A stretch of DNA of 27,066 bases. It comes from a virus. Its lineage: Duplodnaviria; Caudoviricetes. Positions 10,901 to 19,700 of the stretch are shown here, piece after piece. Each line of letters begins with the position of its first letter. Position 1 is the first letter of the stretch. A program made the translations under genes and the position numbers. The stretch covers positions 1 to 27,066 of IMG/VR virus record IMGVR_UViG_3300030118_006722, one strand, 5' to 3'. The notes beneath the pieces were generated by a model that was not told the DNA's origin, made no database searches, and saw only the letters and a list, made by a program, of their open reading frames with translations.

Positions 10901-13704
10901 GAATAGTCTGTTTTTACATTTCCATTTGGACCAAGTGCATATAATGCTGAAACATCTGATGCACTTAGTACACCAGTAGAATTTACATCTGTTCCTCCCC
11001 AAATTGCAAATTGTGACATCTGCCCGTTAAAGGGTTGAGAAATAGTTCCACCAGTATGTTGAAATGCACCTATCACAACATTTGTAGGATTGAATTCATC
11101 AAACCACATTAAATGATGAGCTTTTGCATTGTGGTCAGTTGGATTGTATACAACTTTTGACCCATTTATATAAATTTTAAATGGATCTGGATCATCTGGG
11201 TCACCAGATTGTGTTACTACAAAGTGTTCCCATTGTCCACCAGTAAGTCCAGATGCTGTTGCACCAGCTGTTCTTGAACTATCTGTACCATCATCTCTAT
11301 AATCTATATAAAAATCACTTGTTCTAACATAAAAATAAAAATAATTAGTAGCTGTAGTAAAAGAACAAAGATACGAATTAGTTGCCGGACTTGCTATACC
11401 ACCCCATTTTACCCAAGTGGCAAAAGATCCCGATTTATCACTTTGTCTATATGTTGTTGAACCAGTTGCAAGATAAGCATCTGTGCCATTGAAATTCAAT
11501 TTCTTAAAGCCAGGGCCTGTATCTTCAAAATTCGTTGCACTATTATTTGTGGAAGATTGGATCAAAAGTGATGTGTATTTGTCTGGTGTAAAATATCCAC
11601 GATGTCGCCACCCCCCAGTGAATGTAGTTGTTCCAGAAAATGTTTGTGTAAGTGGGGTTGATCCAATTTTCATATCATAAGCATTACCAGATGCATCATA
11701 GATACAGGCTGCTGTATCAAGATGATGATTACCCATTCGCCAATAACCTTTAAGGTCATCAATTTCTGAAGCAGTGTAAACACCAGTTGCAGTAGTTAGG
11801 TCATGCCCCTTACCTGCAGAGTGAAGTGCGGCAATCTGTGCAGCAGTAAGTACACCTTGAGAACCTACACTACCACCGAAGTAAGCAACCTGCATTATTT
11901 TACCATCAAAGAAATCTCCTGTCCCTGCTCCATACTTATAAGCACCAATTGTGATATTATCTGTACTTCCTAAATCAGCTAACCAGTTACCATTTTCACC
12001 TGCAGCACCAGATGTGGTTATTGATACAGCAGTTCCATCCACATACAAAACCCAATTGTTAGTTCCATCAGCAACAACTGCAACTGAGTACCATTGACCC
12101 GTAGAAAGTGTAGAATCACTTAAAGATGTCGCACCGGGCGATTGAGTTCCATCATTATGTCTTTTGGTAATATCTAATTTGCCACTACCATTCACTCTAA
12201 GGTAAAGCCAATCATAATGAGAACCACCTCCTGCGGTATCCATTGATGCAAAAATAATTCCTGCCTGAATTGTATCTAAATATATCCATGCAAAAATTGT
12301 TCCTCTGTCATCTGAACTTCTATAGGTAGGAGTAGTATGTATGAGATAATCATCAGTTCCATCAAAGTCAAGACAGTAAGTGTTTGCATTTGTTGCAGCA
12401 TCTGAACCTATGGCTGGTCTACCCATCTGTATTGCATGTGTGTTTGCAGAAGCGAGTCTGGCATCAGTTACTGCTCCACCTCTATTGTGTACTACATTTT
12501 TTTGACCACCATAAGGAGTGAAGTGTGGTGTGTATGCAGATTGTCCTATACATAATCTAACATCGTCAACGTACTGATCAGCCACATAAGGTCCAGCAGC
12601 AGAACCATGAATATCTGCTCCAATTCTAAGGTCTTTTTCTTCAAGTGTAATTTGGGTTGATGTATGTTTAACTACTTGCCCATCTACATAAAAAGTAAAA
12701 CCACCACCATTTCCAACCATTGCAAGATGTCTCCAAACACCTACACCGGCCCAATCTGTAGGTATATTGTCCATTCCAGATGGAGTACTACCACCAGTAA
12801 AAAATCTAAAATCACCACCACCATAACTTTGCAACATTAAAGAGCCAGACTGCGTATAATTTCCATATTCAAAAGGAACATCACTACTATTCAAACCAGT
12901 TGTGAGATACCACATTTCTAATGACCAATTATTAGAATTTCCTGGCCAATAAATCATGTTACTAGCTGTTATGTACTTAGTACCAGTTAAATTAATTGCA
13001 GTATTTCCCCAAGGTAGGCTATAAGTATCTTCATGTGAAGCACCATTTGTTGCAGTTATTGTGTGGTTACCTGTCTTATCAAAGAAAGTTGTAGAACCAT
13101 CTGTTGCAGTTTCAGAGGAAATATGAAGGACTGTATGATAAGGTAATAATGTATTTTTACCTCTTCCAGCTGTTTGATGTGAACTTAAATATGCAATTGG
13201 TATATCAAAATTACCATAACGTGCACTTTTTGATACACGAAATTCGTCCATGTATACATCTTCTGAATAACTAGTAAAATCACTCCCATTATCAGTTCTA
13301 ACACCAAGCAACATGGTGCCACCTGAAAACGATAAATTTATTGTATAATTGGATTTAGAGGCAATAAGTGTTCCATCAACCCATATTCCCAAATGAGTTC
13401 CCGATCTTACTACTGCATAATGATGCCATTGAGTATCCCGGGCATGTGTAAGAGCAAGATTTGAAGAACTACCACCAAGAACACTATAAAAATCAAGACT
13501 AGAATAATTAGTTAAATGATACCTATTATTTGAATCTACAAAGTAATTAAACCAACCTACTGTATTACTAGCATCTGTGTTTTGACCCCAAAATTCTATA
13601 GTAAAGTTACCTAACCCGAATGTAAATCTCTTATCAGGGCCATCCGAAAATCCTACACGACCGCCGTCATCTACAAAATACATGGAAGTTGCTGTATTTG
13701 CCAT
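4960..13704 (-). CDS. Giant multi-LamG (concanavalin A-like) fibre / receptor-binding protein, C-terminal partner, 2914 aa
   Basis: About 9 LamG-like repeats by eye (S..FDGT.DY, FTIE.W, W.H.A, ..DG, IG, GYMDE.R...ARY), one cupredoxin-like domain, a SPRY-like domain (YSEGNLK...YYFEMK...NFGQ...PPQGF) and the C-terminus typical of marine phage tail proteins (PDFIWIKAR, VAWCWKAG, HNLGKTP, GYSKFGSYEGN..DGPFIYTGFRPAFVMVK, YMAFAEMPFKYANAR). TAAGGA RBS. Confidence 0.88.
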   Translation of the reverse strand: MANTATSMYFVDDGGRVGFSDGPDKRFTFGLGNFTIEFWGQNTDASNTVGWFNYFVDSNNRYHLTNYSSLDFYSVLGGSSSNLALTHARDTQWHHYAVVRSGTHLGIWVDGTLIASKSNYTINLSFSGGTMLLGVRTDNGSDFTSYSEDVYMDEFRVSKSARYGNFDIPIAYLSSHQTAGRGKNTLLPYHTVLHISSETATDGSTTFFDKTGNHTITATNGASHEDTYSLPWGNTAINLTGTKYITASNMIYWPGNSNNWSLEMWYLTTGLNSSDVPFEYGNYTQSGSLMLQSYGGGDFRFFTGGSTPSGMDNIPTDWAGVGVWRHLAMVGNGGGFTFYVDGQVVKHTSTQITLEEKDLRIGADIHGSAAGPYVADQYVDDVRLCIGQSAYTPHFTPYGGQKNVVHNRGGAVTDARLASANTHAIQMGRPAIGSDAATNANTYCLDFDGTDDYLIHTTPTYRSSDDRGTIFAWIYLDTIQAGIIFASMDTAGGGSHYDWLYLRVNGSGKLDITKRHNDGTQSPGATSLSDSTLSTGQWYSVAVVADGTNNWVLYVDGTAVSITTSGAAGENGNWLADLGSTDNITIGAYKYGAGTGDFFDGKIMQVAYFGGSVGSQGVLTAAQIAALHSAGKGHDLTTATGVYTASEIDDLKGYWRMGNHHLDTAACIYDASGNAYDMKIGSTPLTQTFSGTTTFTGGWRHRGYFTPDKYTSLLIQSSTNNSATNFEDTGPGFKKLNFNGTDAYLATGSTTYRQSDKSGSFATWVKWGGIASPATNSYLCSFTTATNYFYFYVRTSDFYIDYRDDGTDSSRTAGATASGLTGGQWEHFVVTQSGDPDDPDPFKIYINGSKVVYNPTDHNAKAHHLMWFDEFNPTNVVIGAFQHTGGTISQPFNGQMSQFAIWGGTDVNSTGVLSASDVSALYALGPNGNVKTDYSTGLVDYWTMGNLTGEGDDLVTSGTLVYSQVSASGTGGTTTGNDLNKGGTISAPFAGHTIVVGGDTKHKTDKSVFGGSSIYFDGTGDYLQVADTGRGNDFNIWAAEDVDSSVEAWCYFDADPGTATHTIASTWPVGSPATAWEFRTDGASLNMNITVSGTVIMGITGNQHGMSVKRWHHCAFTKNGSLGTVLIDGIPIDSATGTAYATVGFDDTLDIGRRAYHNDLYFHGYMDEIRISTGIARYSKSIERFANTFVAKGDTGDAFTALQIQSNGAKNGTSYTDNLNRTGYNTSTVTITGSPIWKNTVGDGFGGANTALYFDGTDILQWADSSDWDFASDASVEYTLEAWVYIPSRGYSQTDSGTDNLKYMLFAQYEDVNNHWMINSYTDTGTWRFSVYTGGGAVVDLYSDKHFGIERWEHLVLQKASGGVWQFYQDGVLTGSTTDTSTDSYSGALYIGKDFSAGAYKKYKGYIDQFRFSKGIARYGKIQLRTTQQTHVSANSDSGVVTSNSTFGSGDNIFSTDGHTALLLNADEGYSNTHVAASANAFLSSVGNTNVSNVTTTYTVTVASGQRLDGTTGNIYYINGYGRPALTLVRDNHYIIRGARTVIGPSPASDGGTNGAHPFKFATGANGPEYTTGVVQEYSGTDALYKISPTSATPDSLHYYCGLHNNMGFTISVVDSTGSDGLIAPTPIGVTKADGTTTANFPTQRQGISAYGANSYFFDGTNDYLKATTIRPLMTDTWRDNGFCGEMWLYPLSASSDGVCSFIKVDDSNHLHMRFHNTHGFVVSFDSASGQVEILDSNNDEFCKGLVNSWYHVAVQITNADDRSDQELQLWINGNLFLSKSMSDKHFDASSAASAIFGWDDSNYYYGYMDGIRLSNKERINYTSSNAKLGTNAVHHSHVKLLITSNTVDGNTHFDDFSDQGNYWNQQPFSYFFDGTDDYITKTDPEGYPTGTNARSIAMWYRIFTGNAGGDYMLSTGKDAQYGGFGLFTGTSGDNLKFHGYDNDHNLSVEDGNSTNGGWHLYVATANTAASATDQLITAYHDGISAMTNTNRAVNSGPASDTQHFRIGARYGSASDYTKMQACAAAGWNVELTAAAVQKLWEAGPTANWTEQLSSDSPGTAYTSAHRSGLFVYYAMGNHNDLAGRPADTASTVYDRSGNGNDGTTSGSMRAPSKGTDISASGNIKHSTDVKNFGSSSIFFDGTGDYLSLPDIGEFDFSGNFTIEMWINVSSIANYDGLITFDGTGSADLALGFGSGDSKLHLYSNAGTASSVVNSGDTINLNTWHHIAVNRSNSVTTFMLNGILKSSGTYSTSWTTGSNGVKIGRFYAADDEKYFHGYMDEIAIYNGAAKYKPVVTGLGTSTITPSYLSDPTGNHFTPTALAITDQMLDTPENNFCTLNSLVRNQYAYSEGNLKIKTAVDNSFAWGTMAGKMDSSTQGYYFEMKVASSATLGSGGAGHRVGVASYDAAVAHGIESDGGWGVGNDYLYGIQNTTGTYVLMYGSGTTGPSTGIAAQQGDFLQIAWKNGKIWIGLNGVFFDSGGGINGDPAKNSAPTHTVGTTYITEDWMPFIASSLTTGAVGCHFNFGQGDPDGENNFTDGNGRGGFRFEPPQGFVSLCTTNLKDTEYAPIGPNSATGTPDEHFDTLLYTDAYASGRPNKVGGLNFKPDFIWIKAREGTESHSLNDTVRGAGRILYSSGTNAEGGTGIAEFTEDGFVGSAGAGADGDGTGHDFVAWCWKAGNDTTRVTTNLTNCSDVTQSVNVDAGFAITRYKSTTSASVVFPHNLGKTPEWIIVKNRDDTNSWMVWHKDLTAGNNNLRLDTAAAMASSGSGYINAPTSTLINLEAGGGNVAGSGTNYICYAWTGIEGYSKFGSYEGNNNDDGPFIYTGFRPAFVMVKDIDASANWEILDSKRNPNNPVNERLFPSNTDAASTGENTFDFLSNGFKVRDTYSGANSSTTHIYMAFAEMPFKYANAR
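8860..9225 (-). other. Cupredoxin-like domain with candidate type-1 copper ligands, inside the 2914-aa protein
   Basis: YTVTV...YYING..RPALTLVR...AHPFKF...TPDSLHYYCGLHNNMG: an upstream His plus C-x2-H-x2-M. Boundaries approximate. Confidence 0.7.
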
Positions 13705-13717
13705 TTATTAATATTCC

Positions 13718-16700
13718 TTAATAAGTTCCAGATCCACCAGATGCAACTGATACATTAGCTGTATTTGAATCTATACCGAAAATTGTTTTAGTTGTATTAT
13801 GGTATGCTGTTCCAGTTACCGATCCAGTATCTTGATTTGTTTCGTCAACAAACTGTACACTACCATTTGCTTGATTTGGTCTTGACCTCACTAATAAAAC
13901 TGTTGCATCATCCGCAAACTCTTGTGTCGCAGATGTGTCACTACCTAAACCATTTACACCAGTATTGAAATTATTGTAATCTCTTTCATCACCAGACCCT
14001 ACTTCTTTGAACTCCAAGTGGAATCCATTGTTACCATACATATTCACACCATCATTTGCAGTTTCTGCATCATCACCTCTAATCAACAAGACAGTGTTTG
14101 CATCTGTAGAGTACTGAGTCGTTTGTAGGTATGTATGAGTATTTATACCATAGTAATGACGCGTAGATGAGGTGGCCCATGTGTTAGATGATACATTTGA
14201 AGACCTACCATCGTCATAGTCTTTTGCTGGTGATTGGCCATCAGTTGGGATACCAGAAGTGTATCTTGACATACCATTTGTAATTCTGATACCATCCATC
14301 CAACCTACGAAAGTTTGTGAAGTTGCTGCTGCATCTTGAGCACCGATAACTAATGCAGTTCCATCATTTTGTATTGTTGCAGATGCTAATCTTTTTATAC
14401 ATACACCATTAACAAACATAAAGAAGTATTTCGTACCACCTTCATTGTATCTTGAAACTGCAACGTGCCCCCATGTTCCTCGATCAATGACGGCAGTAGT
14501 TTCAGTATCAGTTATAGTTGTACCAGACTCATACAGAAATCTAAATCCATTTGCATCATTAGGTGCAGGGTCAGAGGTAGAATTTAGTTGTAATGCCCAA
14601 TTAAAAGGATTTCCCCAGACACCCATAATAATTGGTTGAGTTTTACTATCATCGGGTTTAATCCAAGCTTCTGCAGTAAAATCGTTACTTGTAAATTTAA
14701 ACTGGTCATCCATTGGTAAAGAAATTGCACTATACCCATCAAAATACAGAGCAGTATTTGCAGTGCGGTCATCTTCTATGTGATGATAAATGTCATGTGT
14801 AGAAGTATTTGCAACAACTGTTGAAGTTGTCAGTGCATTTGGACTTACATCTGTGAATGTTCTACTGCCGTACGGTGCATCACTCTTGATGTGAACTGCC
14901 ACTGAGCTATTTGCAGTACGAAAACTACCTGCTCTTCCTGTCATATAGTTTTGAGTTACAGTATTTGCATCAAGGGAAACTCCTTTGTAAAGCATTATAT
15001 CTTGCATGAAACCTTCAAAAGGCTTAGCATCGCCTGTACCAGTTGCACCACCAATGTAAACTCCTTGTCCACTTGTATTAATATTTTGTGCCTTTGAACC
15101 TGATGCTGTTGCATCTAATGGTCTAGCATCTAAGTAAGCAGTCCAATCATTTGAACTATCTCTTTGCACGACCAAATGATGCCATTTATTAGGTGAGGTA
15201 AATTCACTTATTCTATTACTTGCACCTGTTTCTGATGAAGCAAAGAAGACTTCATACGTCTGAGTTGTCCCATCAACCATTTGCATTTGTATTCCGTCAT
15301 TATTAGTACTTCTTATCTGCATGCCTGTAGTGCCTGGAAAGAAGCTTTCAGTTGAGAACCAATTAACTGTTTGAGTTGTTCCAATGTCTGGACTATTAAA
15401 CCAACATTCAAATACAAATGCAGTACCAGCAGGCCAATAAAGGTCAGTTCCATCTCCATCAACAAAAATACCTTGTACTATGTTTGGCGTGGCCGGCCCT
15501 GAAAAATGAATCACTGAATTACCTATTCCACCCCAATCTCTATCATTAAATCCAGAGGTTTTCAATGCAGGAAGTGTACCAACTTTCAATGGTGCAGGTT
15601 CTGTGGCTTCCATCACAAAAACTGCATTACCCATCGTTGAATGATTTGAACATCTATAATACAGATTCTTTGGTGCATCAGTTGGTACTTCATACTTGAT
15701 GTATTGGTATGTTCCACCTGTTCCTGAATTACCTCCATGATTACTAGTTGTAAGTTGTGTCCATGTTACTGCAGGTGCACCATTCGGATCAGTATTCGTA
15801 CCGAAAACTCCATTCAATTCAGAATTACTTCTATCACCAGCCATACCATAAGCAAAACCAGTTGAGTTTGCAGTGCTGTTTGCAAAGTAAAATTCATGGC
15901 CTGAGTTTGTACCATCGGTAAAGTCAAAAATATAACTATAACCTCTTCTGAGTCGCAATTGTGGATTTTTTTCAATGGTTGTACTTTGTGTGTTACCTGA
16001 AAATTTATATTCTCCACTTGCAGCAGTAACTACAAAGTATCCTGCAGCTTCATGACCTTTTGGTGCAGCTGCTGGTGTTGCAGAAAATGTCCCTGCACCA
16101 TAGAATGCAGTATTTACAACGTCATTATAGAATTTTCTACTACCCTGTGAATGATGAGTTGCATTATTTGAATGTAACAGTAAAGTAGTTGTAGCATTTG
16201 CAGTAGTTGTTGTATTTGCATATTCTTCATGGACAATCAACCCACCAAGAGCACCAATATGAGTATTGCCTGGTCTACTTCCAGCTGTTCCACCTCCCGA
16301 TATTGAAGAACCATGCGTGTTACCTAACCAACAACCTTTATATACTGCAATTTGGTCAAGAAATCCCTGTGTATGTTCACCGACACCTGTTCTTATTTTT
16401 CCAACAGACAATCCAAAAGAACTATTTCCAGTACCATAAGGAGAATTACCACCAAAAGAAGCACTTGCTACTTGTGTCCCATTTAAAAATATTCTTGCAT
16501 TAGTGCCATCATTTCCCACCAGATAATGTCGCCATTTTTTATCCTCATCGTCAAGGTCATCAGTGCCAGAAACTACATTAGTATGAATACTTGTTCCATT
16601 ATTTTGGTAAAATTCAATACCAGTTGTTCTGTGCAATCTAAGACCCCAACCTCCATTAATAGCACCATCATAGTATCCACCATCAAAAACACCATGATCG

Positions 16701-19700
16701 TGATTACCTTCACTAGCATCATGTAAATGCCATGTCATCGCTGTCCAATTACCTGAGCCAAAATTAAGTCCATCTTCTCCGCCGGCAATTTGAATCCAAT
16801 CTTGATTAAATCTAATTCCCATTTCTCCATTTGTAACACTAGACCTTGTAAGAGCTGTAGTTGAACCTTCAAACGAAGTTGCATTTGCATAAACAGGGTC
16901 AGTTACTACTCTATCAATAACATGCTCACTCGCCGAACTATCAACGATTGAAGTGTCTCCATCAATATCTGTATTGGAATGGATTAGGAGTTTTGTGTCT
17001 GCCTCATAGTCAAAATCAGATGAAGTTCCATTACTACCTCTGGCATTTGCAGATCTATCTGTCATTGTGGTATCATCTGCTGAATAATCGTCTGGATTGT
17101 TATTCATATCAAAATAAAGATACAGATTTGCAGCAGTACCATCATCACTTGTATAGTTTGTACCAGAAATACCTGCTCCTGTTCTCCAATTTACTCCCAA
17201 GCCAGGCCCGGCAAAATATAAGTCTTGAATTTCTGCATCAGATAGACCCTTATGCCACATACCCCATTGACTCATTTTACCATCAAATTTGTTGTTTGAT
17301 GAATCTCTACCTATATTCAATACGGCACTTGAACTTTGATTTATACTTCCTATTGCAGTGCCGTCTGTCCTTGTTGTTATTTCTTTGGTAACGATCCCAT
17401 TATGATAAAATTTAATTGAGTTTGTACCTTGTCTTGAAATTGCACGAAATTCCCATTCACCAGGCTTAGCTGGTGGAGCTCCACTGTCACCAGAATGAAT
17501 ATTCCAATTAGAACCATCACCAGAAATGTAAATATCTTGTGTGGAACTTTGACCAAAAGCACTAATAACCAAGTAACCACCAGTACCATTACCCATACCC
17601 CAAACACCAGAATAAGCAGCAACATCAGCATTTTGCCACCAGGCTATACAAAAGTTTCCAGAACCTGCAGGACTACCCACCACGGCACCTGCAGCACCTA
17701 TAGTTCCACCACCTGCATAATCACTATGATCTCCAAAATTTGAGAAGGAAACACCCTTTCCATGCTGATAATTGTATCGCTGATATGTGGTATTTGCAGT
17801 TACCTGTGTGTCAAATCTTCCATAGGTAGAACCTTCTGTCTGGATACCAAATTCTGTAGATGGGTTTGGAAAATCTGAGTCAATCAGGCCTTGACCTGTG
17901 TATCGTGCCATTTTAGAGAAACGAATTTCATCTAAATATCCAACTAATTCTGAATCAGCTGTAGAACCAGTTCCACCAATATAAATGTTACCATTATCTG
18001 GTATGAGTATTGAACTACTTCCTCTGACTGCACTTACTCCATCAATAATCATATTAAACTCATCACCGATTCTTTGTTGTACAACGTGATGCCAATGATC
18101 TGCAACCATACTTGGATCTGCATTATCACTCAAAGTAAAATCATTTCCTGAATCTACAGTAGATGCATAAAAATTCATAGTTGTAGCTGAACTTGTCAGA
18201 AAAAATCTAAATCCTTTTCTACCATCTCCACTATTACAAGTTCCCATGATACCACTTGTGGCAGAACCTGCACGTATCCAAAATTCTATAGTAAAATCAC
18301 TATTACCAAGTTGTAAACCTTCATGGTTTGGAACTACGATATAGTCTGTATTATCAAAAAGTATTCCATCAGCTCCACCACTCAGTGCATAGTCTGTAAC
18401 ACTATTTGCAGTTTTTATTACTGGTCTATTTGCTGCAGTGTAGTCAGCATTAGTTATGTCTTTTGGTGCGTTTCCAATCGTTGCAGAAGAATCATAAAAA
18501 TCTGTATCGCCTGGAAATGTATCTGATTTGACCCAAATTTTAACATTTGTATTTGAAAAATATCCTCTACCACCATCTGTTGCTACATACGGCGTTGGTC
18601 TGAGATATGGATTTGTTGGTATTGAAGAACCAGTAGAACCTGCACCAGTTGCTGTACTTGGTACAATACCCGATTGTGATGCCCCATCTGGTGTATATCT
18701 TGCAATACCTTTTGTGATTCTAAACTCATCAATAAGACCATCAAAATCAGCCCATGTGTAAGACCAATCAAAAAACCATAAATCACCTTTATGTTTAATA
18801 GTTATCACACCATCATTATCTGCAGGTTGTTCATTTGATTTTGCGCCACCTGAATTTTGTGTATTAGGATAAGATACTCCATTCACAAATGGTTCTACTA
18901 TTCCATTACGCATTATTACTGCATAATGATGCCACGAATTGACTCCTACACTCACAGTACCATCAAAAGCATAATCAAAAGTAGTTCCATCTTCTCCACC
19001 TGCATGAAAATTTATCATTGGAGTGGTGCCTGAAGTACCACCACCATATCCTAGTATCCAACCACCATTATTAACACCTCCACTACCAGTTTGTGTGTTT
19101 TGGCCTGCACCATCAAAAGATGCAATAGTTTCGTTATTTGTATATCCACTTGGTACATATCCCCAAAATTCTATAGTAAAATCACCACCATCGGCACCTA
19201 AATCAAAATCTTCAGAATAAGGGATCATTAATTTTTGACCACCACCAGCACCTTTTATAGATGAGCCATGTAATCCAAGTTGATTAGTAAATTCATGTGT
19301 TACTGTTCCACTATTGACTATTTCTTTAGCAACTCTTGTCTTTCCACTAGAATATGAGTGTGCAGGAAATGTAATTGTTTCCCCTGCAGCAGTGTTACTA
19401 TCAAAGAAAACTGTATTTCCATCTGCATGTCCACCACGCAGAAGTAAGACTGTGTATTCATCATCTACGAAAGAACCGAATGTTGAAGCTCCGTCACTAG
19501 ATGGGAAATTTGCTTTTGTATTTGCATAATGAGTGTTACCTAATATTGCAGTATTACTTGTTGGATTTGCCGTGTAAAGTAAAGGTCCGTGTGCGAGTCT
19601 TTTTGCACTGTTACTTGGATAGTAAAAAGTACTTTGAGTTGGTGCAGAAGGTGCAGAACTTTGAGCAAAATCTTTTGCAGCTCCAGATGATTTTCTATCA

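Noticed and set aside
13700-13725. Stop readthrough, programmed frameshift or gene-60-style ribosome hop joining the two giant ORFs (TATTAA occurs twice)
   Set aside because: The spacer is out of frame, the matching TAT landing codon is followed by TAA TAA in the downstream frame, and a good RBS favours independent initiation.
13600-13930. Split intein, intron or pseudogene at the junction
   Set aside because: No intein terminal motifs, no room for an intron in 13 nt, and both ORFs are intact over many kilobases.
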